Positions 14,145 to 28,168 of a stretch of 64,000 nucleotides of DNA are shown piece after piece. The notes beneath the pieces were generated by a model, which saw only the letters and a list, made by a program, of their open reading frames with translations, was not told where the DNA came from and searched no databases. The stretch comes from Octopus vulgaris (lineage: Eukaryota), in NCBI GenBank assembly GCA_951406725.2, contig OX597830.1, positions 66,340,001-66,404,000 on the forward strand, written 5' to 3'. Both the position numbers and the translations under genes were made by a program. Numbering within the stretch: the first letter of the stretch is position 1; each line of letters begins with the position of its first letter.

Positions 14145-14944
14145 TATCCTTTTACGTGTTTCAGTCATTTGACTGCAGCCTTGCTGGAGTAGTGCCTTAA
14201 AGGGCTTCAGTTGAAGAAATTGACCCCAGGACTTATTCTTTGTAAGCCTAGTACTTATTCTCTCGGGGTGTTTTGCCAAACTGCTAAGTTACATGGGCTA
14301 AACACACCAGCATCAGTTGTCAAGTGATGGCAGGGGTACAAACCCAGATACACACACATAAATACACACACACACACACATACACACACACACAACACAT
14401 ACACAGATGCAGACATATGTACACACACACACACACACACAATCACACACACATACACACACACTCACACAGATATATATATATATATATATATATATAT
14501 CATCATCATCATCGTTTAGCGTCCGCTTTCCATGCTAGCATGGGTTGGACGGTTCAACTGGGGTCTGGGAAGCCAGAAAGCTGCACCAGGCTCAGTCTGA
14601 TCTGGCAATGTTTCTATGGCTGAATGTCCTTCCTAACACCAAATATATATATATATGACCGTGACCATGACCGACCAGGCTATCAGATGTTGTTACACAT
14701 CACTGGTCACATTGCGTTTCGCATTGTTTTAGCCTTCAAATGACGCAAGCAGGCCAACAGAAGAAAGAATGAAAGAAAGTTGTGGTGAAAGAGTGCAGCA
14801 GAGATCGCCACCACCCCCTGCCGGAGCCTCGTGGAGCTTTAGGTGTTTTTAGCTCAATAAACACTCACAACGCCCGGTCTGGGAATCGAAACCGCGATCC
14901 TACAACCACGAGTCCGCTGCCCTAACCACTGGGCCATTGTGCCT

Positions 14945-14982
<38 letters not shown>

Positions 14983-15140
14983 GATGAGTTTCTTTCAGTT
15001 TCTGTCTACCAAATCCACTCACATGGCTTTGGTGGGCCTAAGTCTGTAGTAGAAGACACTTGCCCAAGGTGCCACACAGTGAAATTAAACCCAGAACCAT
15101 GTGGTTGGTAAACAAGCTACTTACCACACGGCCACACTCA
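14145..15140 (-). mobile_element. SINE-A split by nested insertions (family D 14500-14642; family E 14657-14948)
   Basis: The tail half (14145-14350) and head half (14980-15140) flank two other repeat-family copies within the central microsatellite. Confidence 0.75.
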
Positions 15141-16759
15141 TGTGTATCCTTTATTTTTGTTTGTTATTTATTGTCTTGGTGATTTAGTTCTTGTCTGAAG
15201 ATTTGGAATTGGTTAACACTTGGTACCAATTCAACTGCAGCTGTCTTTTTTTCGTTTTAAAGTGTTCTAAATGAAAATCTACCATCAAAATTACATATTG
15301 ATTTAAGTTCCAAATATGAGCTTAATAACGACAAAGTTATGCTATTAAATTCTTCATCTTCCTCGTTATCACTTAACGTCCACTTTCTTATTCTTGCATG
15401 GGTCAGATGAAATTTGTTGAGGCAGATTTTCTATGGCTGGATGCCTTTCCCGTCACTGACACTCAACCTGTTTCCAAGCAAAGGAATATTTTCCCATAGC
15501 TAGACATGTTTTTTATGGAAGACTAGGAATGAACAACCCCACTTGTATGACAATTATACTCATTTACAACTATCACGTGATATCTAGACAAAGGTACACA
15601 TAGACACAGGCACAGAAACACACACACATATAATTAAACACACACACACATACACACACACACACACACTCATATGATGGGCTTCTTTCAGTTTGTATTT
15701 GCCAAATCCACTCATAAGGCTTTGGGGTTATAGTAAAAGAGTAGAAAACAGGTGCTGCAGAGTGGGACTGAACACAAGACCACATGGTTGGGAAGTAAGC
15801 TTCTTAACCACACAGCCATGCTGGCACTAAAACTTAGAGTAGGGAAGAATTATTTAAAAAATCAATTGAAACAAAGGTAGCGTACTTCAACAAAAAAAGT
15901 GGTAACAAACTCATGTCTGAGTTTAGATTGATTGCTGTTTAATAGAAGAATCTCAAGTTTAATCTTTTAAAGCCAACAAGATATACTCATAAGAAGCATC
16001 TCTTTAGTATGTGCTCCGCAATGTTTCTCACTAACTTTATAGCACGTAGATCTGATTGAAATGCTGATACAAAAAGCAAACATCTGAAGTCTGTCCAGAC
16101 AGCAAGAAAGTATTGATTATAATAGATATAACATAAACTCTATCAAACGCTGGTTTGAAGATTAAGCTGGCTTTGATTGGATAGTTTTAATCTACCATTT
16201 GAGAAATTATAAACCAGGAATTATGATTTTGATCTATCTTAGAAATTCACACAATAGGAGATAGGTGTATTAATAGCTATTGCTTGTGTTTATTTCAATG
16301 ACTGTGTTTTTCCTTTTTATACTTTTTCTCAATTTCTTTCTTCTCAAATAAATTGGTTGTTTTTAGCTGGGACATCTGCTTCTTAAGATTCCTAATTTAT
16401 ACTCTGCTTTGTAATTTTTTTTCTGCCGGCATTCTAATTTTATTAAGTTATTATCTGAAGTTCAGTAACTCTCTCTCTCGTAAATAGACTAGCTTTTGAA
16501 TTCTAAAAGAGGTGATGGAAACAATTGAGGTACCATCTGGTAGAACTTAATATGGTACCATTTTGAAGCATCTGAAGCAGCATTCAGATCCACAGCCTGG
16601 GAACCGTAAGCCAAACATTTTAACTGATCTATCTTCTATGGTTTGGGAATAAAACAAATGGCTTGCAGTAACTAAAATCAATAACTACAATAATCAGTAA
16701 TAATCAATAACTATAATCAGTAACTATAATAATCCTTTAGTTTCTCATACTACTAAGTG

Positions 16760-17005
16760 TGGAGGTGCAATGGCCCAGTGGTTAGGGTAGTGGATTCACA
16801 GTTGGAGGATCATGGTTTCGATTCTCAGACCGGGTGTTGTGTGTGTTTATTGAGTGAAAACACCTAAAGCTCCATTAGGCTCTGGCAGGGGGTGGTGGCG
16901 ACCCCTATTGTACTCTTTTGCCCCAACTTTCTCTCACTCTTTCTTTCTGTTTCTTGAGTAATGCTGTGATGGACTGGCGTCCTGTCCAGCTGGGGGGAAC
17001 ACATA
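16760..17005 (+). mobile_element. SINE family E (tggaggtgcaatggcccagtggttaggg head; gatggactggcgtcctgtccag motif), flanked by a ~105-bp direct duplication
   Basis: A-box/B-box-like head; homologous to 14657-14948 and 49310-49633. Flanks 16605-16758 and 17006-17110 are direct copies. Confidence 0.8.
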
Positions 17006-18370
17006 CGTAAGCCGAACATTTCAACTGATCTGTCTTCTATGGTTTGGGAATAAGATAAATGGCTTGCAGTAACTATAATCAATATCATTTAGTTTCTCAT
17101 ACTACTAAGTAAGCACTAGAATGTGTTTGCTTATAGAACTGGCAATAGAATGAAATTTATGATGGTTTAGTAAAGGAACCTGTAAGAATAGTAGCCGAGC
17201 AGGGATTTTGAAATGTCTTATTTCATTAATCTCATGAAAAGTATTGCTATAGTAGGAGATATTTAGTGCTTTTTCTTAAACAGCTAAAACTACATCATTA
17301 GTGATAAATTATTTAAGTATCAATAAATTTCGTTGTTAATGTTATTATTCTCCTACAGGAAATCTGTCTAAGCTAAATAAAAATCAGTTATAATGGCTGA
17401 TACTGATAAGAAGAGGAAGCATAAGAATTAGAAGAAAAAAAAATTAAGTATTTTACACCACTAGTCTTTTTTTGACACAAAGTAGAAATACATTCAATCA
17501 AGATTGGTGTAGGACAAATCACTGTTTTGTTTTCTTATTGAGTATTTTATGAAAAAAATACTTGTAATATAAATACTTCCTTGTATAAGGCTCTATAAAT
17601 TTGTGTTTTCTATAAATTTACTTATAAAATTACTTTTTCCATTTGAAAAAGTAAATAAATAAATAAATGGAATACACTCTCCAATAAAGAACCCATTTTT
17701 TAAAATCAAAGTACTATGTTTATATGAACAGTAAAAAGTAATAAAGTTTGTAAAAAAAAAAACCAAAAATAAAATACAAAACAAAACAAAAAACAAACAA
17801 ATATAGCAGGAAAAACCCCCAAAAAGCAAATGACAAAATATTTTGTTCTCCTTTTCAAATCCCATAATATATCGTCTGTTTGCCTACACGCACTTTTATT
17901 TTTTTTTTCAAAAAATGTTTGTCAAGAGATGTGTTTTATCTGAAATATTTCTCTGTTACTTAAGAGGCTATTTGAATCATTTACCAATTAGAGGAATTTT
18001 CTAAAGGGATGAAAAAGTAGAACAAAAATGGAAATACCAAATATAGATTAGAAAATGAAATCAGAAAAAAATTTTTTTTTATTTTTCTGTTTCCATCTTT
18101 ATTTTTTATTTTTTATTTTTTAATCTGAAGCTTAAAGGATGATTACAAAAGTTCCCTGATGGAATATAATTTATATGGAGTTTTAGGGCAAATAGTTTTC
18201 AATTTGAAGTTATTTCAAGTATCAAATTGACCTTGAATATTGTTTACATGTATTGTTGGCTGATTTTTCTGACCAAACTTAATAATGGTTTCATGTTTAT
18301 TGATTTCCTGTGTATTTTAGAATATCTTTAAAAAAAAAAAATTAAAAGAAAAAAAGACTAAAAACAAAAA

Positions 18371-18785
18371 CATCATCATCATCATCATCATCGTTTAACG
18401 TCCGCTTTCCATGCTAGCATGGGTTGGACGATTTTGACTGAGGGCTGGCCAACCAGCTGACTGCACCAGGCTCCAATCTTGATCTGGCAGTTTTTCTACA
18501 GCTGGATGCCCTTCCTGACGCCAACCACTCCGAGAGTGTAGTGGGTGCATTTTACATGCCACCGGCACGGGGGCCAGTCAGGCAGTACTATCAATGACCT
18601 CGCTTGAATTTTTTTACACATTCCACCAGCACAGGTGCCAGTAAGGCGACGCTGGTAACGATGACGCTGGAATGGTGCCCTTTTACGTGTCACTGGCATG
18701 GAAGCCAGTTAGCCTCTCTGGCAACGATCACGCTTGGATGGTGCTCTTGGCACCCTACTTGAGCACCATCCGAGCATGATCGTTG
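18371..18785 (-). mobile_element. Repeat family D copy
   Basis: (CAT)n cgtttaacgtccgctttccatgctagc...ggatgcccttcc. Confidence 0.8.
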
Positions 18786-19234
18786 ATCGAAATTTGTGTA
18801 GTCTAGGATGTTCTCCAGACAAGGTCTAGATGCTGCCTAGACAAGGCTTTGGTAGCCTGGAATGTTATCTAAACAAGGGATCAGCTTCCCTAAAGTCTAA
18901 TAAAGGTTATGCGGAAGAAACAGTTATCAATTAAAATAATCTTCAAATATCTATATCCAGATTTTGGACAATATTTACATAGATGTGTTTTCTAGTGAAC
19001 TGCATAGTTTAATGAATTATGTTCACTATTGAGCTATCGTTCACTATTGACCTATCGTTCACTAGCGAATTGTGTAACCTATTGAGCTATGATCTGTAGT
19101 GAAGTAGTTTATTGAGCCATATTCTAATGAACAATATTATTTTTTGAGTTGCTTTCTCTCGTGAACAATACAATTTATTGTGTGTATTCTTTGGTAGACT
19201 ATGTAATTTATAGGGATGTGCTCACTAGTTAAGT

Positions 19235-19520
19235 AAAGGTGCATGGCTCAGTGGTTAGAGTGTTGAGCTTACGATCATGAGGTTGTGAGTTCGAATCCCG
19301 GACCGGGCTGCGTGTTGTGTTCTTGAGCAAGACACTTTATTTCATGTTGCTTCAGTTCACTCAGCTGTAGAAATGAGTTGCGATGTCACAGGTGCCAAGC
19401 TGTATATCAGCCTTTGCCTTTCCCTTGGGTAACATCGGTGGCATGGAGAGTGGAGGTTGGTATGCATGGGCGACTGCTGGTCTTCCATAAACAACCTTGT
19501 CCAGACTTGAGCCTGATACT
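19235..19520 (+). mobile_element. SINE family C with intact Pol III boxes
   Basis: A-box tggctcagtgg and B-box gagttcgaatccc. Confidence 0.85.
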
Positions 19521-20419
19521 TGCGTCGACAGGGTGACCAAATACTTGCAAGACAAAAACGTTTAAGAAGGGAGGGGGCATTGTAGGATGTGATGATGAAA
19601 AGGTTATAGTGAGACAAATACAGGTGTCTTGCTGTAGAGGAAGTACAAGTTTACCTGGCTGGAGAGAGAAAGATCAAGAATGGAAACAGAAACAGGTGTG
19701 CTACTACAAAGAAAATACACGGTTGCCCAACCCGAGGAAAGTGCAGGAGAAGGAGAGAGAGAGAGTGGGAGACAGACATTGTAGAGGACAACTTGCCCAA
19801 GGTGCCATGCAGTGAGACTGAACCTGAGACCATGTGGTTGGGAAGCAAACTTCTTAACCACACAGCCATGCTTGCACCTACACCACACCTGCACCTGTTA
19901 AATGAAAAATCATATTTTGTGTTCAAAAACAAATTTAACTACAGCTGAAGTTTTTGACTTGTTTGTGTTATTTAAAGCCATGGCTTATAACAATCACAGC
20001 AATGATGATGATGATAATTATCAAGAGTTGCTTAATTGTAGAAGGAATCTTATTAATATTAAAAAAAAAAGGAAGAAGAAAAACTTATTGCTTTCAGATA
20101 TAAAATAGCATAAATTTCTTTTCATTCTGACATTTTCATTGCTTCCAAAATAATGCAAATGTAATTAAAGTTGATTAAAATAACCCAGAAATAAATGAAA
20201 GTAAATAATTAACTCTAAAATTTCTAATTTTGTTCTATTCTCTAATATTTGTTTGTTCTACATCTTGTCTATCATTGTCACCATCACCACCACCACCACC
20301 ACCACCACCACCACCACCACCACCACCACCACCACCACTACCTCCACCACCACCACCACCACTACCTCCACCACCACCACCACCACCACCGAAATTTGGG
20401 GTGGGGGTGGGGTGCAAGT

Positions 20420-20935
20420 TGATTAGATCGACCCCAGTACACAACTGGTACTTAATTTATCGACTACCGGAAGGATGAAAGTCGACCTCGACAGAATCTG
20501 TACTCAGAATGTAAAGACAGACGAAATACCTATTTCTTTACTACCCACAAGGGGCTAAACACAGAGAGGACAAACAAGGACAGACAAATGGATTAAGTCG
20601 ATTAAATCAACCCCAGTGTATAACTGGTACTTATTTAATCGACTCCGAAAGGATGAAAGGCAAGGTCAACCTTGACGGAATTTGAACTCAGAATGTGAAG
20701 ACAGACGAAATACCTATTTCTTTACTGCCCGCAAGGGGCTAAACACAGAGAGGACAAACAAGGACAGACAAATGGATTAAGTCGATTAAATCAACCCCAG
20801 TGCATAACTAGTACTTATTTAATCGACTCCGAAAGGATGAAAGGCAAAGTCGACCTTGGCGAAATTTGAACTCAGAACGTAAAGACAGACGAAATGCCCC
20901 GTGTGCTAACGTTTCTGCCAGCTTGCTGCCTTTAA
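20420..20935 (-). mobile_element. SINE family B head-to-tail trimer
   Basis: Three units joined at the junction gaaatacc|tatttcttta. The central gcctttcatcctttcggggtcgataaa resembles the Meta/MESC-type SINE domain (recalled, unverified). Confidence 0.8.
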
Positions 20936-21247
20936 CAGATGAAATACCACTAAGCATTTTGCCTGGTGTGCTGATATTTCTGCCAATTCACCGTCTTCAT
21001 CCTGTCTCTTCTCACCAATGACCTTTCTAAAATTAGTCATTGCTTCCTGGTAGAATAGTTAGCATGCTGGACAAAATGCTTACTATCATTTCATGTGTCT
21101 TTACGTTCTGAATTCAAATTCCAGGTAGGTCAACATTGCCTTTCATCCTTTCAGGGTTGATAAAATAAGTACCAGTTGAGTACTGGGGGCTTGTGTAATT
21201 GACTCACCCTCCCCTAGGCTTGCTGGCCTTGTGTCAAAATTTGAGAC

Positions 21248-21317
<70 letters not shown>

Positions 21318-21320
<3 letters not shown>

Positions 21321-21621
21321 TAGTTTTATTTTTATAGCGTGCTTTCACTTCACTACCGAGCGCAGCTCTGTGTGCCTTGGGTATGTGTTGTGATTTGTTG
21401 TGATGCTCTGATGGTTACAGTATTGAAAGTGTTCTGCGTAGGATGTGTGCAGTGCCCAGTAGTGCAATTTTGTGTATGTTACATGTGTTTGTAAGTCCTG
21501 GTGTTTTTGTTATGTATATTTGTCTGAATATTTTTTTATCATACCTAATGCACCTACTATGATAGGAATTGTTTCTGTTTTTAGATTCCACATTCGAGTT
21601 TCCTCTATTTCCAGGTCTTTG
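21318..21621 (-). pseudogene. 3' fragment of an R4/Dong-like LINE (subfamily 2) in (TAA)n
   Basis: Minus-strand translation KDLEIEETRMWNLKTETIPIIVGALGMIKK..(frameshift)..HKIALLGTAHILRRTLSIL* is homologous to the C-terminus of the ORF at 52873-53685. Confidence 0.88.
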
Positions 21622-21659
21622 TTATTATTATTATTGTTATTATTATTACTTTTTTTTTT

Positions 21660-22058
21660 CTTCTTTCAAATTTGCTTCTATTTCTTGCCGAGTGTCTTCC
21701 CGACTCCTAGGGCAGAGAAACTCATAGTATACATTGGTAGGCCATTAAACTAAACTCACTAGTTCGTTCAATTTTTTTTTTTTTTTAAAGTTAAATTAAA
21801 ATACATGGGTAGTAATAGTTCTCACATCGGCAATGCTCTTCTCAATACGTGTGATGTACCAGTTAAGACAATCTTTTGCACTTCTTGCAGGGATGGTAAG
21901 CCAGGGATCATTCTCATATAATTTTCGGTTCCCTTCTTGATCATTCCTAGTGCTCCTACGATCACTGGTATTGTAACCGCATTGAGATGCCACATTTTCT
22001 CAATTTCAATGAGCAGGTCTTTATATTTTCTGAGCTTGTCAAACTCTTTCGCCGGGAT
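21660..22058 (-). pseudogene. 3' fragment of an R4/Dong-like LINE (subfamily 3)
   Basis: Minus-strand translation KEFDKLRKYKDLLIEIEKMWHLNAVTIPVIVGALGMIKKGTENYMRMIPGLPSLQEVQKIVLTGTSHVLRRALPM*, plus 3'UTR. Confidence 0.88.
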
Positions 22059-22097
22059 AATATTATTATTATTACCAGTATTATTATTATTATTAAA

Positions 22098-22259
22098 TTC
22101 GTAATCATTTCATTGTTGTTCTACTGGTACTGGATTGCTAGATATCAGGCTGCATCCTGCAAGCTTTTGTGTCTGTCACCTTTCTTATAGTCAGGCAAAC
22201 AGGCTTTTGTGTGGAATCAGGAAATTCATCTCAATATCCAACTTCTTCAACCAACCATT

Positions 22260-22260
<1 letters not shown>
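22098..22260 (-). pseudogene. Highly degenerate 3' tip of another Dong-like LINE
   Basis: Minus-strand pieces WLKKLDIEMN..KACL..IRKVTDT resemble the same C-terminal motif; flanked by trinucleotide repeats. Confidence 0.45.
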
Positions 22261-23008
<748 letters not shown>

Positions 23009-23319
23009 TTGGCATTGCTTGCCACTCTTCCTTTTGTTGGTTGTCAGATCTGCAATCTTCATTAGATGTTGTGGCAGCTGTCAGATGCTATCCCATACCT
23101 CCATATTTAACTCCGATCAGATTTAATCAAAATGCTTACCTTACACTTACAAAACCACAGCACATCAGTGAGAGAGGAACAGAGTTAAATTATTGGGTTA
23201 AATCATTGGGCTATCTGGACAGAACTGGTTTCATCTTCTTCTGCTGACTAAACTTTCTTATCTCCTTTCATCATTTTTATTATTATTATTATTATAATTA
23301 TTATTATTATTATTTTTTT

Positions 23320-23431
23320 TCTTCTTTCAAATTGGCTTCCATTTCTTGCCGAGTGTCTTCCCGACTCCTAGGGCAAAGAAACTCATAGTATATATTGGTA
23401 GGCCATTAAACCAAACTCAATAGTTCGTTCA

Positions 23432-23432
<1 letters not shown>
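23320..23432 (-). mobile_element. 3'-UTR tip of Dong-like subfamily 3 in (TAA)n
   Basis: Near-identical to 21660-21770 and flanked by (TTA)n. Confidence 0.85.
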
Positions 23433-23471
<39 letters not shown>

Positions 23472-23910
23472 GGTATTATTATTATGTTCATTATTGTTGT
23501 TATTGTTAATATTTCTTTTCTTTTACTGAAGCGATGTACCAAGGCTGAAGTGTTGATGCTATAATTTTTGGTGCCCAATAGAGAATTTAGATTGAATCTT
23601 TCAAGTCTTAAACTTCTAGGAAGTCCTCAGAATTCTCAACTGCATGGCAGTTCTCCATTCTCAATTCAAAAGCACTTCATGAACAAAAGATAGATTATAG
23701 AGTGGCTTACACATATGATAAAGATAGTAATACATGAGAGTAACTCAATTGAAGTTGGTTATTTTGAGAATTCCTTGCAGTTCTATTTCTAAAAGAAACT
23801 TTGAAGATACCAAGGCTGAAGTGTTGATGCTATAAGTATTTTGGTCCCAATAGAGAATTTTAGATTTATCGCTCTCTTCTGGTGAAGGGAGGTGGCTTAG
23901 TAGTGATGGG

Positions 23911-24628
23911 TGTTGGACTCATGATCATTAAGGTGTGAGATCAACTTTTGAACTAGCGTTGGACTCGTGATCATTAGGGTGTGAGATCAACTTTTGAACT
24001 AGTGTTGGACTCATGATCGTTAGGGTGTGAGATCAACTTTTGAACTAGCGTTGGACTCATGATCGTTAGGGTGTGGGATCAACTTTTGAACTAGCGTTGG
24101 ACTCATGATCATTAGGGTGTGAGATCAACTTTTGAACTAGCGTTGGACTCATGATCATTAGGGTGTGGGATCAACTTTTGAACTAGCGTTGGACTCATGA
24201 TCGTTAGGGTGTGGGATCAACTTTTGAACTAGCGTTGGACTCATGATCATTAGGGTGTGAGATCAACTTTTGAACTAGCGTTGGACTCATGATCGTTAGG
24301 GTGTGGGATCAACTTTTGAACTAGCGTTGGACTCATGATCATTAGGGTGTGAGATCAACTTTTGAACTAGCGTTGGACTCATGATCATTAGGGTGTGAGA
24401 TCAACTTTTGAACTAGCATTGGACTCATGATCGTTAGGGTGTGAGATCAACTTTTGAACTAGCGTTGGACTCATGATCGTTAGGGTGTGGGATCAACTTT
24501 TGAACTAGCGTTGGACTCATGATCATTAGGGTGTGAGATCAACTTTTGAACTAGCGTTGGACTCATGATCATTAGGGTGTGGGATCAACTTTTGAACTAG
24601 TGTTGGACTCATGATTGTTAGGGTGTGT
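23911..24628 (+). repeat. 46-bp minisatellite (~15.5 copies) amplified from inside a SINE head
   Basis: Unit gcgttggactcatgatcattagggtgtgagatcaacttttgaacta, preceded by A-box-like gaagggaggtggcttagtagtgatggg; compare the SINE head at 50345-50420. Confidence 0.9.
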
Positions 24629-24989
24629 AGCAATTTTTGTCTGGTTCTCAAAGCATCAAGTGACGAAAATGAACTTTCTTATCTTCCATTTTAAAAGGTT
24701 ACAGAATTAACACAGATTATAGGAACATAAACCTTCTTCCACGAAAAGATAGCTTAAACTGTGCTCTAAATTGAGGTGTAGTCAAATCCTGTTTTATGGA
24801 CTCGAAAATGTTCTAAAATAAATCGAAAGGTAAGCTACTATAAATCAGCACAAACTTTCCAGACAACCCAATATTTATCGCAAGAAACAGCTCACTTTCC
24901 TTCTTTGATGTTTTATATACTTCAGCCTACTCAAGTGGATTTGAAAAATGAAGCCAAACAAAATAGAAATTTTGAAAGAAGTATCTATA

Positions 24990-25092
24990 AAACTAGTTTT
25001 TCAACATGAAATGGCTATGTAGGGGGTGAGGGTCAGAATGAAATAGTAATCAAAGGGGTTCAGAGATAAAAAAAAAGGGCTGAGAACTACTG
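24990..25092. mobile_element. hAT/Charlie-like MITE end
   Basis: Ends aaaagggctgagaactactg, similar to the reverse complement of cagtggttctgaacc at 43098; the subterminal sequence is also shared. Confidence 0.5.
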
Positions 25093-25493
25093 TTCGTAGC
25101 TATACAGTCATCATCATCATCATCATCGTCTTCGTTGCCATTGCCGCCGCCGTTGTTGTCATTGTTGTTGTCATCATTATCATTTAACGTCTACTAACCA
25201 TGCTGGCATGGGATGGATAGTTTGACAGGAGCCGGTAGACAGAAGGCTGCACCAAACTTCTGTGTCTATTTTGGCATGGTTTTTGTAGCTGGGTGCTCTT
25301 ACACCAAACATGCTGCAGAGTGGACACTCATGCTTACATTTCTATCATCCTTTGTTTGAGATAATTTTTTGCTGTGTGACTCAAGTCAGATCAGCTTGAG
25401 CAAAAATGTAGCCCAGAATAATAATCCTTTTACCATTATTTATAAATGTAATAATCTGGTCTTTGCCATGGACCATGAAGATAAATTTAAGTT

Positions 25494-25936
25494 TTAATTC
25501 CCTAGTGTTCAGGTTACTCAGCCAGATATAATGTTTATTTATTCACATTAATTTGAATTAACCCTTTAGCATTTAAACCGGCCATAACCGACCAAAAATA
25601 TTCTGTTTTTTGCCTGTTTTATGTTCAAACTGGCCAGATCTAGTCTCTACAACATCGCTTTAAAAATTAACAGCTACCTCATCAAAATCTCATAGCTACA
25701 AGATAATGCATGATTAGTTCAAAACAATGTGGATAAAAAAGCATTAATTTTGGCAGAATAATATGAACACTAAAGGGTTAATCACAAATATCTCAGCTTC
25801 AAGATTTCAATGATATGATTATTTTTTAGAATGACATTGTAGGATAGGTGTGAGAGGCTGTATCTGGCCAGTTTGAAAATAAAACAGGTAAAATATTTGG
25901 ACAGGATATAGCTTAATATAAATGCTAAAAGATTAA
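25494..25936. mobile_element. TTAA-flanked (piggyBac-like) MITE with an inverted copy of the same MITE nested at 25558-25781
   Basis: TTAA-ccctttag...ctaaaggg-TTAA termini; compare the uninterrupted copy at 31834-32060. Confidence 0.75.
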
Positions 25937-26109
25937 AACATGCTATCTTCGGTTTATAAACAGTATTTAGTTTGTCCTCAATGTGTTGATAGTAAGGAGT
26001 TTGAACTCATTGTGTTGACATTAAAGAGTTTCTCCTCATTGTTTTGACAGTAATGAGTTTGTTCTGATTGTACTAGTAGCTACGAGTGTGTATTCATTAT
26101 GTTGACAAT

Positions 26110-26520
26110 CAGGCGCAGGAGTGGCTGTGTGGTAAGTAGCTTGCTAACCAATCACATGGTTCCGGGTTCAGTCCCACTGCGTGGCATCTTGGGCAAGTGT
26201 CTTCAACTATAGCCCTGGGCCGACCAATGCCTTGTGAGTGGATTTGGTAGACAGAAACTGAAAGAAGCCCGTCGTATATATGTATATATATATGTATAAG
26301 TGTGTGTGTATATGTTTGTGTGTCTGTGTTTGTCCCCCTAGCATTGCTTGACAACCGATGCTGGTGTGTTTACGTCCCCGTCACTTTGCGGTTCGGCAAA
26401 AGAGACCAATAGAATAAGTACTGGGCTTACAAAAGAATAAGTTGCTCGACTAAAGGCGGTGCTCCAGCATGGCTGCAGTCAAATGACTGAAACAAGTAAA
26501 AGAGTAAAAGAGTAAAAGAG
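26110..26520 (+). mobile_element. SINE family A, full length
   Basis: Head ggcgcaggagtggctgtgtggtaag; tail (gtaaaaga)n. Confidence 0.93.
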
Positions 26521-26804
26521 TGTTTATACTAAGTTGGTTGAATTTGTTGACTTTAATAAGTTGGTATTCAATGTGTTAACAACAACGGGGTTTGAACTCC
26601 ATGTTTTGCTAGTAGGATGTTTATAACACAATCTGTTGACATGATGGTGATGAAGCAACACAACTTCAATAGCATCTGGTAATGTAAAATCTCTGCGTTG
26701 TCCTGAGGCCATTAATTCTCAGGAAAAATTTTTGTGAACCACCAAATTAGCAGTTTTCAGTTTTCTGTTACTTTAGGTTTCCATCAGCAGCTCACCCATT
26801 TTTT

Positions 26805-27216
26805 GTGCAGGCGTGACTGTGTGGTAAGTATGTTGCTTACTAACTACATGGTTCCGGGTTCAGTCCCACTGCATGGCACCTTAGGAAAGTGTCTTCTACT
26901 ATAACCTCGGGCTGACCAAAGCCTTGTGAGTGAATTTTGTAGACGGAATCTGAAAGAAGCCTGTCGTATATATATATATGTATATATACATATATGTGTG
27001 TGTGTATATGTTTGTGTGTCTGTGTTTGTCCACCTACCATCGCTTGTCAACCGATGTTGGTGGGTTTATGTCCCTATAACTTAATGGTTCGGCAAAAGAG
27101 ACCAATATGTTAAGTACTAGGCTTACAAAGAATATGTCTTGGGGTTGATTTGTTCGACTAAAGGTGGTGCTCCAGCATGGCCACATTCAAATGACTGAAA
27201 CAAACAAATAAAAGAA
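26805..27216 (+). mobile_element. SINE family A, full length
   Basis: Same family sequence. Confidence 0.92.
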
Positions 27217-27812
27217 TCCTATGTCACATACATAATCAAGGCAGATTGGTGGAGCTGTTAAACTGGTAGGCTTGCTAGCTACTCGTAGACCTTAAGTTCA
27301 AATCAAACAGAAAACATTTTGTTGAGTATCTATTGGGTCAGCCCATAATTAATGCATTTTTTAAAATACTTCTTTTATTTTTCAAAATTAAGATAAACAA
27401 ATTTCTTATCCCTAAGTATTCAGAAAAAGGGATCAAAGCATTAGCATAGTTTGAGGGGCGTGAAAAGGGCAGTCTGCCTCAGATGGCACTTTCATGGGGA
27501 TGGCACCACCTTTCGGTCTGCTGTAGGGAATATATATTTTTTGTAGGGGTCCAGGAGGTGGCAAACTGAAGGGCCACACTGGTGGGACTATGTTGGTGGA
27601 TCAAAGGTCGCTTCTGAGCCATTGGCTCATAAGGCCTGTTTACCAGAATCTGTGGCATATATATGCCTTACCCTGGATGGAGTACAAGTGTGTTGCAGGG
27701 TTACTCATTTTTGCGAGCTGAGTGACTGGAGCAATTTGATATGGAGTGTTTTCCTCAAGAACACAATGCAGGAAACCACAATCTTAGGATCATAAGTACA
27801 ACACCCTAACCT

Positions 27813-28168
27813 ATTAAGTCGATTATATCGACCCCAGTGCGTAACTGGTACTTATTGAATCGACCCCGAAAGGATGAAAGGCAAAGTTGACCTCAGTGGA
27901 ATTTGAACTCGGAACATAGTAGCACACGAAATACCTATTTCTTTACTACCCACAAGGGGCTAAACATAGAGAGGACAAACAAGGACAGACAAACGGATTA
28001 AGTCGATTATATCGACCCCAGTGCATAACTGGTACTTATTGAATCGACCCCGAAAGGATGAAAGGCAAAGTCGACCTCGGCGAAATTTGAACTCAGAACG
28101 TAACGGCAGATGAAATACCGCTAAGCATTTCACCCTGCGTGCTAACGGTTCTACCAGCTCGCCACCCT
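27813..28168 (-). mobile_element. SINE family B dimer inserted into the head of another SINE
   Basis: TSD taagtacaacaccctaacc (27793) / taagtacaacaccctaccc (28171). Confidence 0.85.

Noticed and set aside
19235-19310. tRNA gene
   Set aside because: It has A/B boxes but no acceptor stem and continues into a SINE body.
26109-26354. Recurrent ORFs such as YDGLLSVSVYQIHSQG..AIVEDTCPRCHAVGLNPEP
   Set aside because: These are antisense translations of SINE-A copies, not a protein family.
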